The notes under the pieces were generated by a model, which saw only the letters and a list, made by a program, of their open reading frames with translations, was not told where the DNA came from and did no database searches. A DNA stretch of 64,000 nucleotides from Abditibacterium sp. (GTDB taxonomy: Bacteria; Armatimonadota; Abditibacteriia; Abditibacteriales; Abditibacteriaceae), in the NCBI GenBank assembly GCA_965246885.1, contig OZ251992.1:1536001-1600000 (forward strand). The letters are read 5' to 3'. Shown here in pieces: positions 8,389 to 18,559 of this stretch (within the stretch, counting starts at the first letter, position 1; the number at the start of each line of letters is the position of its first letter). The position numbers and the translations under genes were made by a program.

Positions 8389-9692
8389 CGGTCGCCGATC
8401 TTGAGTTTGAGGGTCTGCTTGACGGAGTTGTTGCGCAGTATCTCGACTTGCACTTCGGCGCCCGGCTTGCGGCCTTCGACGTTGGCCACGACTTCTTTGT
8501 CCGAGTGGATGGATTTGCCGCCGATGGAGCGGAGAACGTCGCCCGGCTTGATGCCCGCTTTTTCGGCGGGTGAACCGGGGGTGACGCCCTTGACGAGGGC
8601 GCCGACCTTATCGGGCAGACCGTAGTCCTGCTTGATGGCATCGTCTATAGTTTGGACGTTGACGCCCAAATAAGGGTGAAAAACGCGCCCGTGCGCGATG
8701 ATCTCGTCGGCCACTTTCTTGGCTTTGTTGATGGGGATGGAAAAGCCCAAGCCTTGGCCGATGGGAATGATGGCGGTGTTGATGCCGATAACTTCCCCCT
8801 TCAAGTTGATGAGCGGCCCGCCCGAATTGCCGGGGTTAATCGCGGTATCGGTTTGCAGCATGTCCGTTAGGTCGAACGAGCCGCCGTCGTTTGAGCCTTC
8901 ATTGGCGGGCACGGGAAGGGTACGCCCCGTCGCAGAAAGCACGCCGCACGTCACGGTGTTCTCCTGACCGAAGGGGTTTCCAATCGCTACTGTCCACTCG
9001 CCCACGTCCAGCTTCTTCGGGTCGGTGAACGTCGCCAACTTGACCTGCGGAAGCGTGCGGTCAGCCAGTTGCACGACGGCGATGTCGGAGCGCCGGTCGA
9101 AGCCGAGCACCTTGCCGGTAATCTTCTTGCCGTCGCGGGTGGTGACTTGGAGTTCCTTGGCACCCGCCGCGACGTGGGCGTTGGTCAGCATGTAACCGTT
9201 CTTGGTGTCAAACACAAACCCCGTTCCTTTGCCTTTGCGCTCCTGCTGGTTTTCCTGTTGCCCCGGACGCGGCAGGTAAGCCGATTTGCCGGTTTTGCCA
9301 AACGTCGTATCCACGTTCATCACGGCTGGCCCGACTTCGCGCGCGACCTGCGCAACAGGATTAGCGCCCTCGAACGAGCCGCCGCCCGTTGGCATCCCGC
9401 CCCCCGCGCTCCCGCGTCCAAGCACGATGCCCGTCCCCAGCAGCGCCGCCGACAACAGCGCACCGCCCAGCATCGCTAACAGCGAGTTCGTCGCTTTCCC
9501 CGCGTTCGCCGGTTCTTCGGCGATGTAGCGCGAGGGTGCGGGCGCTGTCATCGGCGCGGGCACCATGTGCGGCGCGAACGACGGCTCCGGCGCGAGGGGA
9601 AGCGGCGCGGACGCAACGGGCGCGGCGACTTCGGTAACAGTGGGCGCAGGCGGTTCGGGGCCGGGTGAAAATGGGGTGGGCGCGTCGTTCAT
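8370..9692 (-). CDS. HtrA/DegP-family serine protease with one PDZ domain
   Basis: LTNAHV, DIAVV, QTDTAINPGNSGGPL, PYLGV...PGSPAEKAGIKPGD; N-terminal TM segment. Confidence 0.95.
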   Translation of the reverse strand: MNDAPTPFSPGPEPPAPTVTEVAAPVASAPLPLAPEPSFAPHMVPAPMTAPAPSRYIAEEPANAGKATNSLLAMLGGALLSAALLGTGIVLGRGSAGGGMPTGGGSFEGANPVAQVAREVGPAVMNVDTTFGKTGKSAYLPRPGQQENQQERKGKGTGFVFDTKNGYMLTNAHVAAGAKELQVTTRDGKKITGKVLGFDRRSDIAVVQLADRTLPQVKLATFTDPKKLDVGEWTVAIGNPFGQENTVTCGVLSATGRTLPVPANEGSNDGGSFDLTDMLQTDTAINPGNSGGPLINLKGEVIGINTAIIPIGQGLGFSIPINKAKKVADEIIAHGRVFHPYLGVNVQTIDDAIKQDYGLPDKVGALVKGVTPGSPAEKAGIKPGDVLRSIGGKSIHSDKEVVANVEGRKPGAEVQVEILRNNSVKQTLKLKIGDRPDTGE

Positions 9693-9749
9693 AAGCAGTG
9701 GCGAAAGTTTAAACTCCCCGGCGCGTTCGCGCCGGGGAGCCTTGAGATG

Positions 9750-10232
9750 TCAAAGATACGGCTTCAATAGCGCCTGATACCCCGCGAGCGTTTGCTCCTG
9801 CGTTACGACTTTGGCGAGGGCGCCCTTGCGGTTGTAAATGTAGGTGCGCGGCAGGGCGACCGTTTCCTTGTTCTTGGGGTCGAAACTCCCGAAGAAGATG
9901 TCTATATCGGTCGAAATAAGGCGCGTCAGCCGGTGGCCTTTGGCTCCGGCAACCGAAGCGACTTTCGGCTTCTGGCCGGGGTCGTCGGCGGAAACCAGCA
10001 GCAAGACCGCGCCCTTGTTCTTCGCGCTTAGCTGCGCCAAGGCGGGCAACTCCTGCACGCACGGCTGGCACCACGTCGCCCAGAAATTCACCACGACAAC
10101 CTTGCCCTTGTTGCGGGCGATCTCGGCGCGCAACGATTGCGGCGTGACCATGCGCACCGTCGCGGGCGCGGCGTGGGCGGTACTGGCTCCCGCGAGAAAG
10201 GCAAAAAGAGCGGCGGTGTGTTGGATGCGCAT
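9750..10232 (-). CDS. TlpA/ResA-like exported thioredoxin
   Basis: Signal peptide; GKVVVVNFWATWCQPC. Confidence 0.88.
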   Translation of the reverse strand: MRIQHTAALFAFLAGASTAHAAPATVRMVTPQSLRAEIARNKGKVVVVNFWATWCQPCVQELPALAQLSAKNKGAVLLLVSADDPGQKPKVASVAGAKGHRLTRLISTDIDIFFGSFDPKNKETVALPRTYIYNRKGALAKVVTQEQTLAGYQALLKPYL

Positions 10233-10254
10233 GATGAGTGTTGGAGACGCCCGG

Positions 10255-11202
10255 TTAACCTACGCGGTTCGCGGTCGCGGCGGCGGATTGCAAATCGAGA
10301 ACGCGCGGTTTCCACGCCAATTCTTCCAAGCGGCGCTGGTAATCGTCCGCCGTCTTGTCGCCCATTGCCGCGAAGATGCCTTCCATGACGTTAGTGCCGA
10401 ACGAACGCCCCGAAAACTCTGGCGTAGTGGTGATGAGCCGCTCCAGACCGCGCTCGCGCAGGAGGGCGATGTCGTCGCTCGTGACGGTATTGGTGATAAT
10501 GGTCTTGTCCGAGAGGTCGGCAGGCAAAAAGCGGCGGATCAGCAGGAAGTCGCCCGCGATGACCTCGTTCTCCGCGAAGAAGCGGCGGTGGAGAGGTTTG
10601 TCGAGTATTTGGGTTTGTTTTTCGCCCGTTGGATACAAGAGCGCGAAGGGCAAGCGGCCCGCGATGGGCAACACCCACGTGGCGGCGCGGCGAACGGCGC
10701 GCAGGGTTTTCATGCGAAACGGCAGCGACAGCACGAAGATCCAGTCGCCGAACGACACATCGGCGCCTACGCGCACCAACTCTTCGGCCATGCCAAATCG
10801 GTCGGCGGCGCTGGTCAGCCCGACTTTGGCGCCGCGAAAATCAAGGACTCCCTCGTCTTGGAGCCAGCGAATGGCGGCGCGTTCGAGAGTGTCCTTCAAA
10901 CCCGACCCGTCCACGACGGGCGTCTTCGTGGCGGCGCGGGCCAATCTTTGCGCGTCGCGCACCGGGTAGCGCACGCCGCCCGCCACTAAAAAAAGGTCAA
11001 TGCCACCCAAACCAATGGCCGCAACGTGTCCATCGAGTTCGCGGATAAGGCTTTCGGCGCGTCCCAAGTCGCCGTCGGTGCCGCGCCGTTCGAGTTGCCA
11101 AGAGTGGCCCAACAAGTGCGCGCACGCGACGTGATCGCGCGAGGCGGATCCCAGTGAGACGGACACCACCCGCAATGTTTCGTCGTTGGATGCTTCGATC
11201 AT
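10255..11202 (-). CDS. Conserved protein (family often labelled quinate 5-dehydrogenase)
   Basis: VVSVSLGSASRDH, ERRGTDGD, AIGLGGIDL, PVVDGSGLKDTLER, GRSFGTNVMEG; function not established. Confidence 0.7.
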   Translation of the reverse strand: MIEASNDETLRVVSVSLGSASRDHVACAHLLGHSWQLERRGTDGDLGRAESLIRELDGHVAAIGLGGIDLFLVAGGVRYPVRDAQRLARAATKTPVVDGSGLKDTLERAAIRWLQDEGVLDFRGAKVGLTSAADRFGMAEELVRVGADVSFGDWIFVLSLPFRMKTLRAVRRAATWVLPIAGRLPFALLYPTGEKQTQILDKPLHRRFFAENEVIAGDFLLIRRFLPADLSDKTIITNTVTSDDIALLRERGLERLITTTPEFSGRSFGTNVMEGIFAAMGDKTADDYQRRLEELAWKPRVLDLQSAAATANRVG

Positions 11203-11301
11203 CCCGCGCAGTATGTCCGTTTTGGCGAATAGGTCGCCATAGGTAGCGCCGCCCCGGTTTGTGCTTTGGCGCAAAGTGAAGCAAACTACGAGTTTCCTTT
11301 T

Positions 11302-12792
11302 ATGTCGCTTTGGTTTCAGGTTCTGGCGCCGCCGCGCGAGCAGGCACCCCCGGCAGTGGATTTTCCTCCCACCGTCGGAGGGGAACTGTCGCGCCGCGCG
11401 GCTCCTCCCCGGCCCAATGCCTCCACTTCCCCCCTTGGACTGCGCGACGACATCCGCGACGCCGAACTGCTGTTGGCCGCCTTTCGCACCCTCCTGCTCG
11501 TCGTCTTAGCTCTGGCGCCGTATGTCTTGCACGTACAGGAAGCGTTCTCGCCCACCTCGATTGGCCTCATGGCCGTTGGCGGCGTCTACAACATCGCAAT
11601 GGGCGTGGCGTGCCTGTTCCCGACGCGCTTCGGCGTGCGGCGGCCCATCGTGTTGGCGATGGACACCACCCTCATCACGGCGTGGATTTCCCTGTCGGGC
11701 CGCTTCGAGTTAGTCTCGTTCTACTTCGTGGTCGTGGTGGTGGCGGCGATGTGGTTTCGCGTATTGGGCGGCGTGGTCGCGGCGGCGGTGTGCAATTTCC
11801 TGTTTCTCTTTCTGTGGGCGCGCATCGCCGCCGAAGCGCCCTTTTTAGGGCGCGTCGAAGCATTTCCCTTTTCGATGGCCGTCAATTCCGCGCTGCTTTT
11901 TGTCGTGGGCGCCCTGACCGGCTACATTTCCGAAGCGCAAGAGCGCGAGCGCGGCGCCCGCTTAGAGCGCGAACTGCTTATCGCCAGCTACCAGAACGAG
12001 CTTGACGTATCGGGCGCCATGCAGCCGCTTCTTATTGGGCGTCCCGACTTCTCGACGCCCTTCGAGTTCGGTCTCGCTTTTCGCTCCGCCCGCGCGGTGG
12101 GCGGCGATTACCTCGATGTATTGCCCCTTCCCGATGGCCGCGTATTGGGCTGCATCGCCGACGTATCGGGCAAATCCGTGCGCGCCCAAGCCCGCGTGCC
12201 GCTTCTCAAATACTCCCTACGCGCCCTCGCGCCCTTGCACCCTGACCCGGTGGAGCTGATGGCGCGTTTGCAAACGACGCTCGCGCCCGACTTGGGGCCG
12301 GAACTTTATATCGCGGTGTGCCTGGTTGTTTTCGACGCCGCCACTACTTCTCTGACGTGGTGCAATGCGGGTCACATCGCGCCGCTCTTGGTGCGCTTGG
12401 GAGGGGAAGTGCTGGAACTGGAAACTACCTGTCCCCCGCTTGGATTGTGGCCGGAAATCGAGCCAGTTGGCAAGAAAATCGCGTGGAAGCCGGGGGACGC
12501 CTTGTTGATGGCAACGGATGGCTTGAGCGACGCGCTTTCTTTTGGCGGCGAAGTGGACGGCGAAGCGCAAGTCCGTTTGCTCACGCCGCGTCTGGTCGGC
12601 GAAAACGCGGTCGGGGCGCCCGACGCGGCGCGCAAGATGGTGGAGTTGGCCGAAGCCGCCTTGGAGAACAACTCCTTCGTCGCGCGGCACTTTTCGATGG
12701 GCGATGAACTCGAAGAGCCGCACGCTCACGCCGACGATTGCGCCGTTTTGGTCGCGCGCTTCCCTGAAAAGGCGGGAAGGGACGCAAAATAA
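11302..12792 (+). CDS. Membrane-bound PP2C/SpoIIE-family phosphatase
   Basis: Several TM helices; VGGDYLD, IADVSGK, CNAGH, TDGLSDA, DD. Confidence 0.88.
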   Translation: MSLWFQVLAPPREQAPPAVDFPPTVGGELSRRAAPPRPNASTSPLGLRDDIRDAELLLAAFRTLLLVVLALAPYVLHVQEAFSPTSIGLMAVGGVYNIAMGVACLFPTRFGVRRPIVLAMDTTLITAWISLSGRFELVSFYFVVVVVAAMWFRVLGGVVAAAVCNFLFLFLWARIAAEAPFLGRVEAFPFSMAVNSALLFVVGALTGYISEAQERERGARLERELLIASYQNELDVSGAMQPLLIGRPDFSTPFEFGLAFRSARAVGGDYLDVLPLPDGRVLGCIADVSGKSVRAQARVPLLKYSLRALAPLHPDPVELMARLQTTLAPDLGPELYIAVCLVVFDAATTSLTWCNAGHIAPLLVRLGGEVLELETTCPPLGLWPEIEPVGKKIAWKPGDALLMATDGLSDALSFGGEVDGEAQVRLLTPRLVGENAVGAPDAARKMVELAEAALENNSFVARHFSMGDELEEPHAHADDCAVLVARFPEKAGRDAK

Positions 12793-12795
12793 GCG

Positions 12796-12963
12796 CTCAG
12801 AGAGGGCGGCGAGCGGGTGACAGATGTCTCTCATCGCGTGAGGGAGGTCGCTGATGGGGCGACAGACGTCTGTCAGAGGAAGGGGGGCGTCTGTGGCGGA
12901 AAGAGGGACGTCGTTCACCGCGCGACAGACGTCTCTGGCGTGGTGACGGGAGGAGATAAGCGC
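12796..12963. repeat. Intergenic degenerate 21-nt tandem array (8 units)
   Basis: Units start every 21 nt from 12796, e.g. GTGACAGATGTCTCTCATCGC, GCGACAGACGTCTGTCAGAGG, GCGACAGACGTCTCTGGCGTG. Confidence 0.8.
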
Positions 12964-13131
12964 TAACGCTTCGCACTTTGGGATTATGCGTCCAAAGCGC
13001 GAAGAGCTATGGAAGATTCCAAGACAAAAAAGTGCCTAAAGAGAACTTGCGCCGGGTCTGAGAAGTCTGTAGATTCAATATCCGAGCCGGGGAATCAGAA
13101 TTGCTGCCGGAGAGGGAGACGAGGAGTTTCG

Positions 13132-13425
13132 ATGTTTAACCTTTTTGGAAAGCGGGCCGCCACGAAAAGCGCCCATCACGACCATCAAATGACGTGCACG
13201 TCCCTGTGTTGCGCCCGACCCGGCGCGCGTGTGTGCGTGCTCGAAGTTGGTGGCTCTGACATCGAAGCCTGTAAGTTACGCGACCTCGGTGTGCGTGAAG
13301 GTGCCATCGTCTCGCTTCTGAGTCACGGCGACCCGATTCTGGTGCGCGTGGACGGCGCCCGTATTGGCCTCGCCGAATCCGCCGCGCAGAACGTTTTGTG
13401 CGAGTATTTGCCGGACGCCAAGTAG
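13132..13425 (+). CDS. feoA: FeoA-family protein
   Basis: KLRDLGVREG...GDPILVRVDGARIGL; GAGGAG Shine-Dalgarno before ATG 13132. Confidence 0.85.
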   Translation: MFNLFGKRAATKSAHHDHQMTCTSLCCARPGARVCVLEVGGSDIEACKLRDLGVREGAIVSLLSHGDPILVRVDGARIGLAESAAQNVLCEYLPDAK

Positions 13426-13647
13426 ATGACCCTCGCGCAACTCCAAGTCGGCGACGCCGCCCGCGTCCTTTCGCTGGGCGAGGGCGAAGCCGCCGAACGG
13501 ATGATGGAAATGGGCTTGGTCGAAGGCACGCAATTCTTCGTCGTGCGATTCGCCCCGTTAGGCGACCCCATCGAGATCGAAATGCGCGGTTACCACCTGT
13601 CGCTGCGCCGAGCTGAAGCGATGGGCGTTGTAGTTGAGAAGCTGTGA
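13426..13647 (+). CDS. feoA: FeoA
   Basis: RMMEMGLVEGT...FAPLGDPIEIEMRGYHLSLRRAEA. Confidence 0.93.
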   Translation: MTLAQLQVGDAARVLSLGEGEAAERMMEMGLVEGTQFFVVRFAPLGDPIEIEMRGYHLSLRRAEAMGVVVEKL

Positions 13648-13650
13648 AAC

Positions 13651-13845
13651 ATGAATGGCACGCTTGGCCTGCTCGCTCTTGCTCTGCTCGCTGTTTGCGT
13701 TGTTTGGCTCATCATCTTCGAGGCCGTCCGTAGTTGGGCTTCTTCGCGTAATTGGAGAAGTGCCGCTGGCTGTGTTGGGCCGATAGGCGGAGTCATTTGG
13801 TTCTTGTTGGCATTGGTTTCTTTGTTAACCGCTCGATTGCACTGA
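13651..13845 (+). CDS. Small two-TM hypothetical protein inside the feo cluster
   Basis: 64 aa, two hydrophobic stretches, ATG 4 nt after the feoA stop. Confidence 0.45.
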   Translation: MNGTLGLLALALLAVCVVWLIIFEAVRSWASSRNWRSAAGCVGPIGGVIWFLLALVSLLTARLH

Positions 13846-13924
13846 CTAACTGCGGACACCTGATCGTAAACCCACATGGGGCGGCGTCCCCTCTCTTTCG
13901 TCTTCTAATCAACTCCCTACAGCC

Positions 13925-16045
13925 ATGCCAACTCCCACTCTCGCGCCCGCCCGCACACGAACTATTGCGCTCGTGGGCAATCCCAACGCGGGCAAGACGA
14001 CGCTGTTTAACGCCCTCACGGGGCTACGGCAAAAGGTCGGCAACTACCCCGGCGTGACGGTCGAGAAGAAAGAAGGGCGCGCGAAGCTGACGGGCGAGGT
14101 CGAGGCGACCATCCTCGATTTGCCGGGGACATATTCGCTCGCGCCCAAGTCGCCCGACGAGGAAGTGGCGCGCGACGTGTTGCTCGGCCTGCGCGCCGAT
14201 ACGCCCGCGCCGGACGCGGTGCTGGTCGTGGTGGACGCTTCCAACTTGGAGCGCAACCTGTATTTGGCGACGCAGGTGCTGGAGTTGGGCCTACCGTGCG
14301 TCCTCGCGCTCAACATGGTGGATGTCGCGGCGCGCGCGGGGAGGGCAGTGAACGCGGGGCAACTGAGTGAGGATTTGGGGTGTCCCGTCGTGCCCGTTAT
14401 CGCGGTGAAGAGCGAAGGGTTGGAGGAACTCCGCGCGGCTTTGGCGGGCGAACTGCCGATTCCCAACCCGCCCGTGTTGGAGCTTTCCCCGGCTTTAGCC
14501 GAGGCGCGCGACCGCCTCACTCATGTGCTGTCGCCCGCCGTCGAAACGGAGCGCACGAGCGGGCCGCGCGGTCTCGCGCTGCGCCTCATTTGCGGCAACG
14601 CGCCGGATGAGCGCGTGCGCGAGCGGTTCGGGGCGGGCGTAGTGGAATTGTTGGAAGAGTTCCGCGCTGAGGGGTTGAAGCCCGCGATGGAAACCGCGCC
14701 GCGCTACCGCGCCTTGAGCGCTGTCGTGTTGCGTGCAACGCAACACGACGCACGGGCCGCCAAGTCGTTCACCGATCGGGCGGACGCCATCTTAACGCAC
14801 CGCGTGTGGGGGTTGGTCTGCTTTGCCGCCGTCGTGCTGCTGGTGTTCCAGTCCATTTACACGCTCGCCGACTGGCCGATGCGCGGCATCGAAGGGCTGA
14901 CGACGGGCGCGCAGAACTTCCTTTCGACGCACCTTCCCAATGGGCCATTGCGCGACCTACTCGTGAACGGCGCCATCGCGGGCGTGGGCGCGGTGCTCGT
15001 GTTCGTGCCGCAAATCATGATCCTCTTTTTCTTTCTGGGCATCCTCGAAGACACGGGATACATGGCGCGGGCGGCGTTCATCATGGACAAGACGATGGGC
15101 CGCGTCGGGCTACACGGGCGCGCGTTCATTCCACTTCTCAGTTCCTTTGCGTGCGCCATTCCGGGCGTGTTGGCGACGCGCACCATCGCCTCGCGGCGCG
15201 ACAGGATGACGACCATCCTAATTGCGCCCCTGATGAGTTGCTCGGCGCGCTTGCCGGTGTATACGCTGATGATTGGCGCTTTCATCCCCGAATTCCGTGT
15301 GTTGGGCTTTGTCTCGTCGCGTGCGCTGACCATGTTCGGGTGCTACGTGTTGGGCGTCTTGGTGGCGATGGGCGCGGCGTGGGTTTTCAAAAAGACGCTC
15401 TTTCAAGGCCCGCCGCCCGCGCTGATGCTGGAACTGCCGCCCTACAAGATGCCCGCCCTGCGCAACCTGCTGGTGACAATGTGGGACAGGTCGAGCGAGT
15501 TCCTCAAGCGCGCGGGGACGACCATCTTCGCCATCTCCATCCTACTTTGGTTTGCGCTCAACTATCCGAAGCCCCCCTCTGCGCTGTTGGCAGCGCAACC
15601 CGACGACGCGGCGCGCTCGGCCTTAATAGCGCAGCACTCGGCGGCGGGGCGCGTCGGGCATGCGATTGAGCCGCTCATTGCGCCCATTGGCTTCAATTGG
15701 AAGATTGGCATCGGGCTGATTGGGGCGATGACGGCGCGCGAGGTATTCGTCTCAACTATGGGCACGGTGTATAGCGTGGGCGACGCGGACGAGAAGTCGT
15801 TGCCCCTGCGCGAAAACATGCGTCGCGACCGTTGGCCCGACGGTCGACCGGTGTGGACGACGCTGACGGCGGTTTCGATTCTCGTTTACTTCGTCATCGC
15901 CATGCAGTGTATGTCTACGCTCGCCGTCGTGCGGCGCGAAACCGGCGGTTGGGGCTGGCCGTTATTTATGCAGGTGTATATGACCGCGCTCGCGTGGCTG
16001 GCCTCGTTTGCCGTCTTTCAAGGCGGACGCGCCCTTGGTTGGTGA
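13925..16045 (+). CDS. feoB: Ferrous iron transporter FeoB
   Basis: GNPNAGKT, VGNYPGVTVE, DLPGTYS, NMVD; GYMARAAF, SFACAIPG, SCSARLPVY. Confidence 0.97.
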   Translation: MPTPTLAPARTRTIALVGNPNAGKTTLFNALTGLRQKVGNYPGVTVEKKEGRAKLTGEVEATILDLPGTYSLAPKSPDEEVARDVLLGLRADTPAPDAVLVVVDASNLERNLYLATQVLELGLPCVLALNMVDVAARAGRAVNAGQLSEDLGCPVVPVIAVKSEGLEELRAALAGELPIPNPPVLELSPALAEARDRLTHVLSPAVETERTSGPRGLALRLICGNAPDERVRERFGAGVVELLEEFRAEGLKPAMETAPRYRALSAVVLRATQHDARAAKSFTDRADAILTHRVWGLVCFAAVVLLVFQSIYTLADWPMRGIEGLTTGAQNFLSTHLPNGPLRDLLVNGAIAGVGAVLVFVPQIMILFFFLGILEDTGYMARAAFIMDKTMGRVGLHGRAFIPLLSSFACAIPGVLATRTIASRRDRMTTILIAPLMSCSARLPVYTLMIGAFIPEFRVLGFVSSRALTMFGCYVLGVLVAMGAAWVFKKTLFQGPPPALMLELPPYKMPALRNLLVTMWDRSSEFLKRAGTTIFAISILLWFALNYPKPPSALLAAQPDDAARSALIAQHSAAGRVGHAIEPLIAPIGFNWKIGIGLIGAMTAREVFVSTMGTVYSVGDADEKSLPLRENMRRDRWPDGRPVWTTLTAVSILVYFVIAMQCMSTLAVVRRETGGWGWPLFMQVYMTALAWLASFAVFQGGRALGW

Positions 16046-16052
16046 ACCTCCT

Positions 16053-16244
16053 ATGAACATTCAAGACCTCGCCGTTTTCGCCATCGTCGCCCTCGCCGCG
16101 ACCTATCTCGTCCGCGACTGGCTCCGCGCGTCCAAGTCGGACGGCGGTTGCGGCAAGTGCCATAGTTGCCCCTCCAAAGCCCCCGCCAAGCCAGAAGCGC
16201 AACTGGTGCAGATTGATTTGGGCGGCAGTTGGAAGCGGCCTTGA
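16053..16244 (+). CDS. FeoB-associated Cys-rich membrane protein
   Basis: N-terminal TM then GGCGKCHSCP, just after feoB. Confidence 0.8.
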   Translation: MNIQDLAVFAIVALAATYLVRDWLRASKSDGGCGKCHSCPSKAPAKPEAQLVQIDLGGSWKRP

Positions 16245-16365
16245 TGGGGGTTGAAATTTGCTTGTGGAGAGTGGCACGACTGGCCGTTTGTTTGAGCGGA
16301 GTTGTGCTTTCTTTGGTGCGGCCTTCACACTGTTGGGAGCCGTCCCTCTTTACTTCCATCTTTTC

Positions 16366-18549
16366 ATGCAAACCCAGACCCCCTTGCCCCATCTCCCGGC
16401 CCCGGTTAAAGCGCGCGATGGCGGGGTGACGGCGCGGGTGGTGTTGCTGTGCTTGTTGCTCGCGGGGTTCTTTGGGTGGGTGATCCCGCTCATTGATGTC
16501 AAGCTGAGCAACACCTTTTTGGGCGGGCAACATCTCGCGCCGGGGGCGGTGGGGACGCTGCTGGTTTTGTTGCTGGTCGTCAACCCGCTCTTGCGCTTGG
16601 TGCAACGCGCGGCGACTTTGCGGGGCGTGATGTTGCTCGTTGCCCTCGCGTGTGTGGCGCTGGCTTATTTTGGCTGGGTGCGCAACATCTCGAATGGGCT
16701 GGTGCTGTACGCGGGGGCGGCGGGCGCGTTCTTCGCGCTGTTAGGCGCTCTATTTGGGCGGCCTTTGTCGCGCAACGAGCTATTGACCACGTATATTTCG
16801 TGCTTGTTCTCGTGCATCGTGCCGGGGCATGGGGCGGAGAACTTTGTCATCGGCAACCTCGTGGCGCCCTTTTACTTTGCCACGCGCGACAACAAATACC
16901 TCGACGCCATTACCCGCTACATTCCGGCGTGGATGACGCCCGTTTTGTGGGCCGACCCCTCGCAAAAGGGCGCGACCACGCTCAGCGCGGCGGGCCGCGC
17001 CGTCGCGGACGGATATTATCTGGGAGTTGGCCCCGTGCCTTGGAGCGCGTGGCTCGTGCCGATGGCGTTTTGGATGGGCTTCATCTTGCTTTCCTACATC
17101 ATGCTGGGCTGTTTGAGCGTGATGCTACGCGCGCAGTGGGCGGAAAACGAGGCGCTATCGTTCCCACTTAACCAACTGGCGTTGGAACTGACCGAGGACG
17201 CAGATGCGCCGAGTGGGACATTCGGCGCCTTCTTCCGCAATCCGCTCGTGTGGGTAGGCTTTGCAATTGCGGCGGTGTTTCAGGGGTTGAACGGGTTGCA
17301 CTTATATTTCCCCGACGTGCCGATGATCGAGTGGAACCTCAACACCGGGGCGCTCTTTTCCGAAGCGCCTTGGAACCAGATGGGGTGGACGCCGATGCAA
17401 ATCTATCCCATCGCCATCGGGGTCGCGTTTCTGCTCACCAGTGAAGTTGGGTTTTCCCTCTGGTTTTTTGCGCTTTTCGTGCGCTTCCAGTTCATCGCCT
17501 CCTACATGTTGGGGTATCCGCCGGGGGTATCGGGCGGGCGCGACCTCGCCGTATTCCAAAGTTTCGGCGCTTTTTTCGCGTACGCCGCCCTTGTGATGTG
17601 GACGGGTCGCTTGCATTACACCCACATCGCGCGCCGCGCATTGGGTTTAGCGCGCGCGACGCCGGAAGAGCGGAGCGAGATACTTTCTTACCCGCTCGCG
17701 TTTTGGGGCTTCGTTCTCTCGCTGATGGGCGTCATGGCCATTACGCACTTCCTCGGCGCGAATTGGGCGATTACCTTTCTGTTGTGGGCGACGTATCTGG
17801 TCATGAGCATCGCCCTCACCCGGTTAGTGGTGGAAGGCGGCGTATTGTTCGTGGGTTGCGCGTGGTGGCCCATCAATATGTGGACGCAGTTACTCAACGG
17901 CTCGCCCGCGACGTGGCTCCCCGCGTCCAGCATCGCGCCCGCCGCACTGATGCACAGCGCCTTCATGCTCGATATGCGCGCCTTCATCCTCCCGTCGTTC
18001 GTGCAAAGCTGGAAACTGGCGTCCGACAATGGGCTGAACCAAAAGCGCTTGGGCGCTTTGATTGTCGCCATCATCCCCATTGCGCTGGTGTTGGGCTTTT
18101 ATCGCCGCGTGGACATCGCTTACAACAACGGCGGCGCCCTGACGTGGCACCCCCACGTCGCCAAGAACGGCGTTATCCTGTGGGCGAACTTGTCCGCAGG
18201 CTTGGGCCGGGGCGTCGAGAACGTGACGTGGACGAACACTTTCTGGGTGATTGTCGGCGCCCTGCTAACTTGGGGGATGCTGGCCCTGCGCGCGCGCTTT
18301 GCGTGGTTTCCCTTCCATCCTTTGGGCTACCTGATTCCGCTTTCTTACCCGATGCTGTGCCTTTGGTTCTCCATTTTCCTCGGCTGGACAGCGAAGGTCG
18401 TCGTTTCCAAGTATGGCGGTAACTCCGCTTACCGCACCACCCGCCCGCTCTTTCTGGGCCTCGTCTTCGGCGACATTTCCATGATGCTCTTCTGGCTCGT
18501 CATAGACGGCTGGCAAGGGAGAACTTTCCACTACCTCGTGCCGACGTGA
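16366..18549 (+). CDS. DUF6785/DUF6784-type multi-TM putative transporter
   Basis: LSRNELL, PWSAWLVP, QWAENEALSFPL, WFPFHPLGY, RPLFLGLVFGD; start trimmed to ATG 16366. Confidence 0.75.
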   Translation: MQTQTPLPHLPAPVKARDGGVTARVVLLCLLLAGFFGWVIPLIDVKLSNTFLGGQHLAPGAVGTLLVLLLVVNPLLRLVQRAATLRGVMLLVALACVALAYFGWVRNISNGLVLYAGAAGAFFALLGALFGRPLSRNELLTTYISCLFSCIVPGHGAENFVIGNLVAPFYFATRDNKYLDAITRYIPAWMTPVLWADPSQKGATTLSAAGRAVADGYYLGVGPVPWSAWLVPMAFWMGFILLSYIMLGCLSVMLRAQWAENEALSFPLNQLALELTEDADAPSGTFGAFFRNPLVWVGFAIAAVFQGLNGLHLYFPDVPMIEWNLNTGALFSEAPWNQMGWTPMQIYPIAIGVAFLLTSEVGFSLWFFALFVRFQFIASYMLGYPPGVSGGRDLAVFQSFGAFFAYAALVMWTGRLHYTHIARRALGLARATPEERSEILSYPLAFWGFVLSLMGVMAITHFLGANWAITFLLWATYLVMSIALTRLVVEGGVLFVGCAWWPINMWTQLLNGSPATWLPASSIAPAALMHSAFMLDMRAFILPSFVQSWKLASDNGLNQKRLGALIVAIIPIALVLGFYRRVDIAYNNGGALTWHPHVAKNGVILWANLSAGLGRGVENVTWTNTFWVIVGALLTWGMLALRARFAWFPFHPLGYLIPLSYPMLCLWFSIFLGWTAKVVVSKYGGNSAYRTTRPLFLGLVFGDISMMLFWLVIDGWQGRTFHYLVPT

Positions 18550-18559
18550 AGCGCCGGGT

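Noticed and set aside
13047..13082. Fur box upstream of feoA
   Set aside because: Only a partial TGAGAA...TTCAA resemblance with wrong spacing; not supportable.
16247..16351. Seventh 21-nt array
   Set aside because: Only three weakly similar 6-mers 21 nt apart (16289, 16310, 16331); could be chance.
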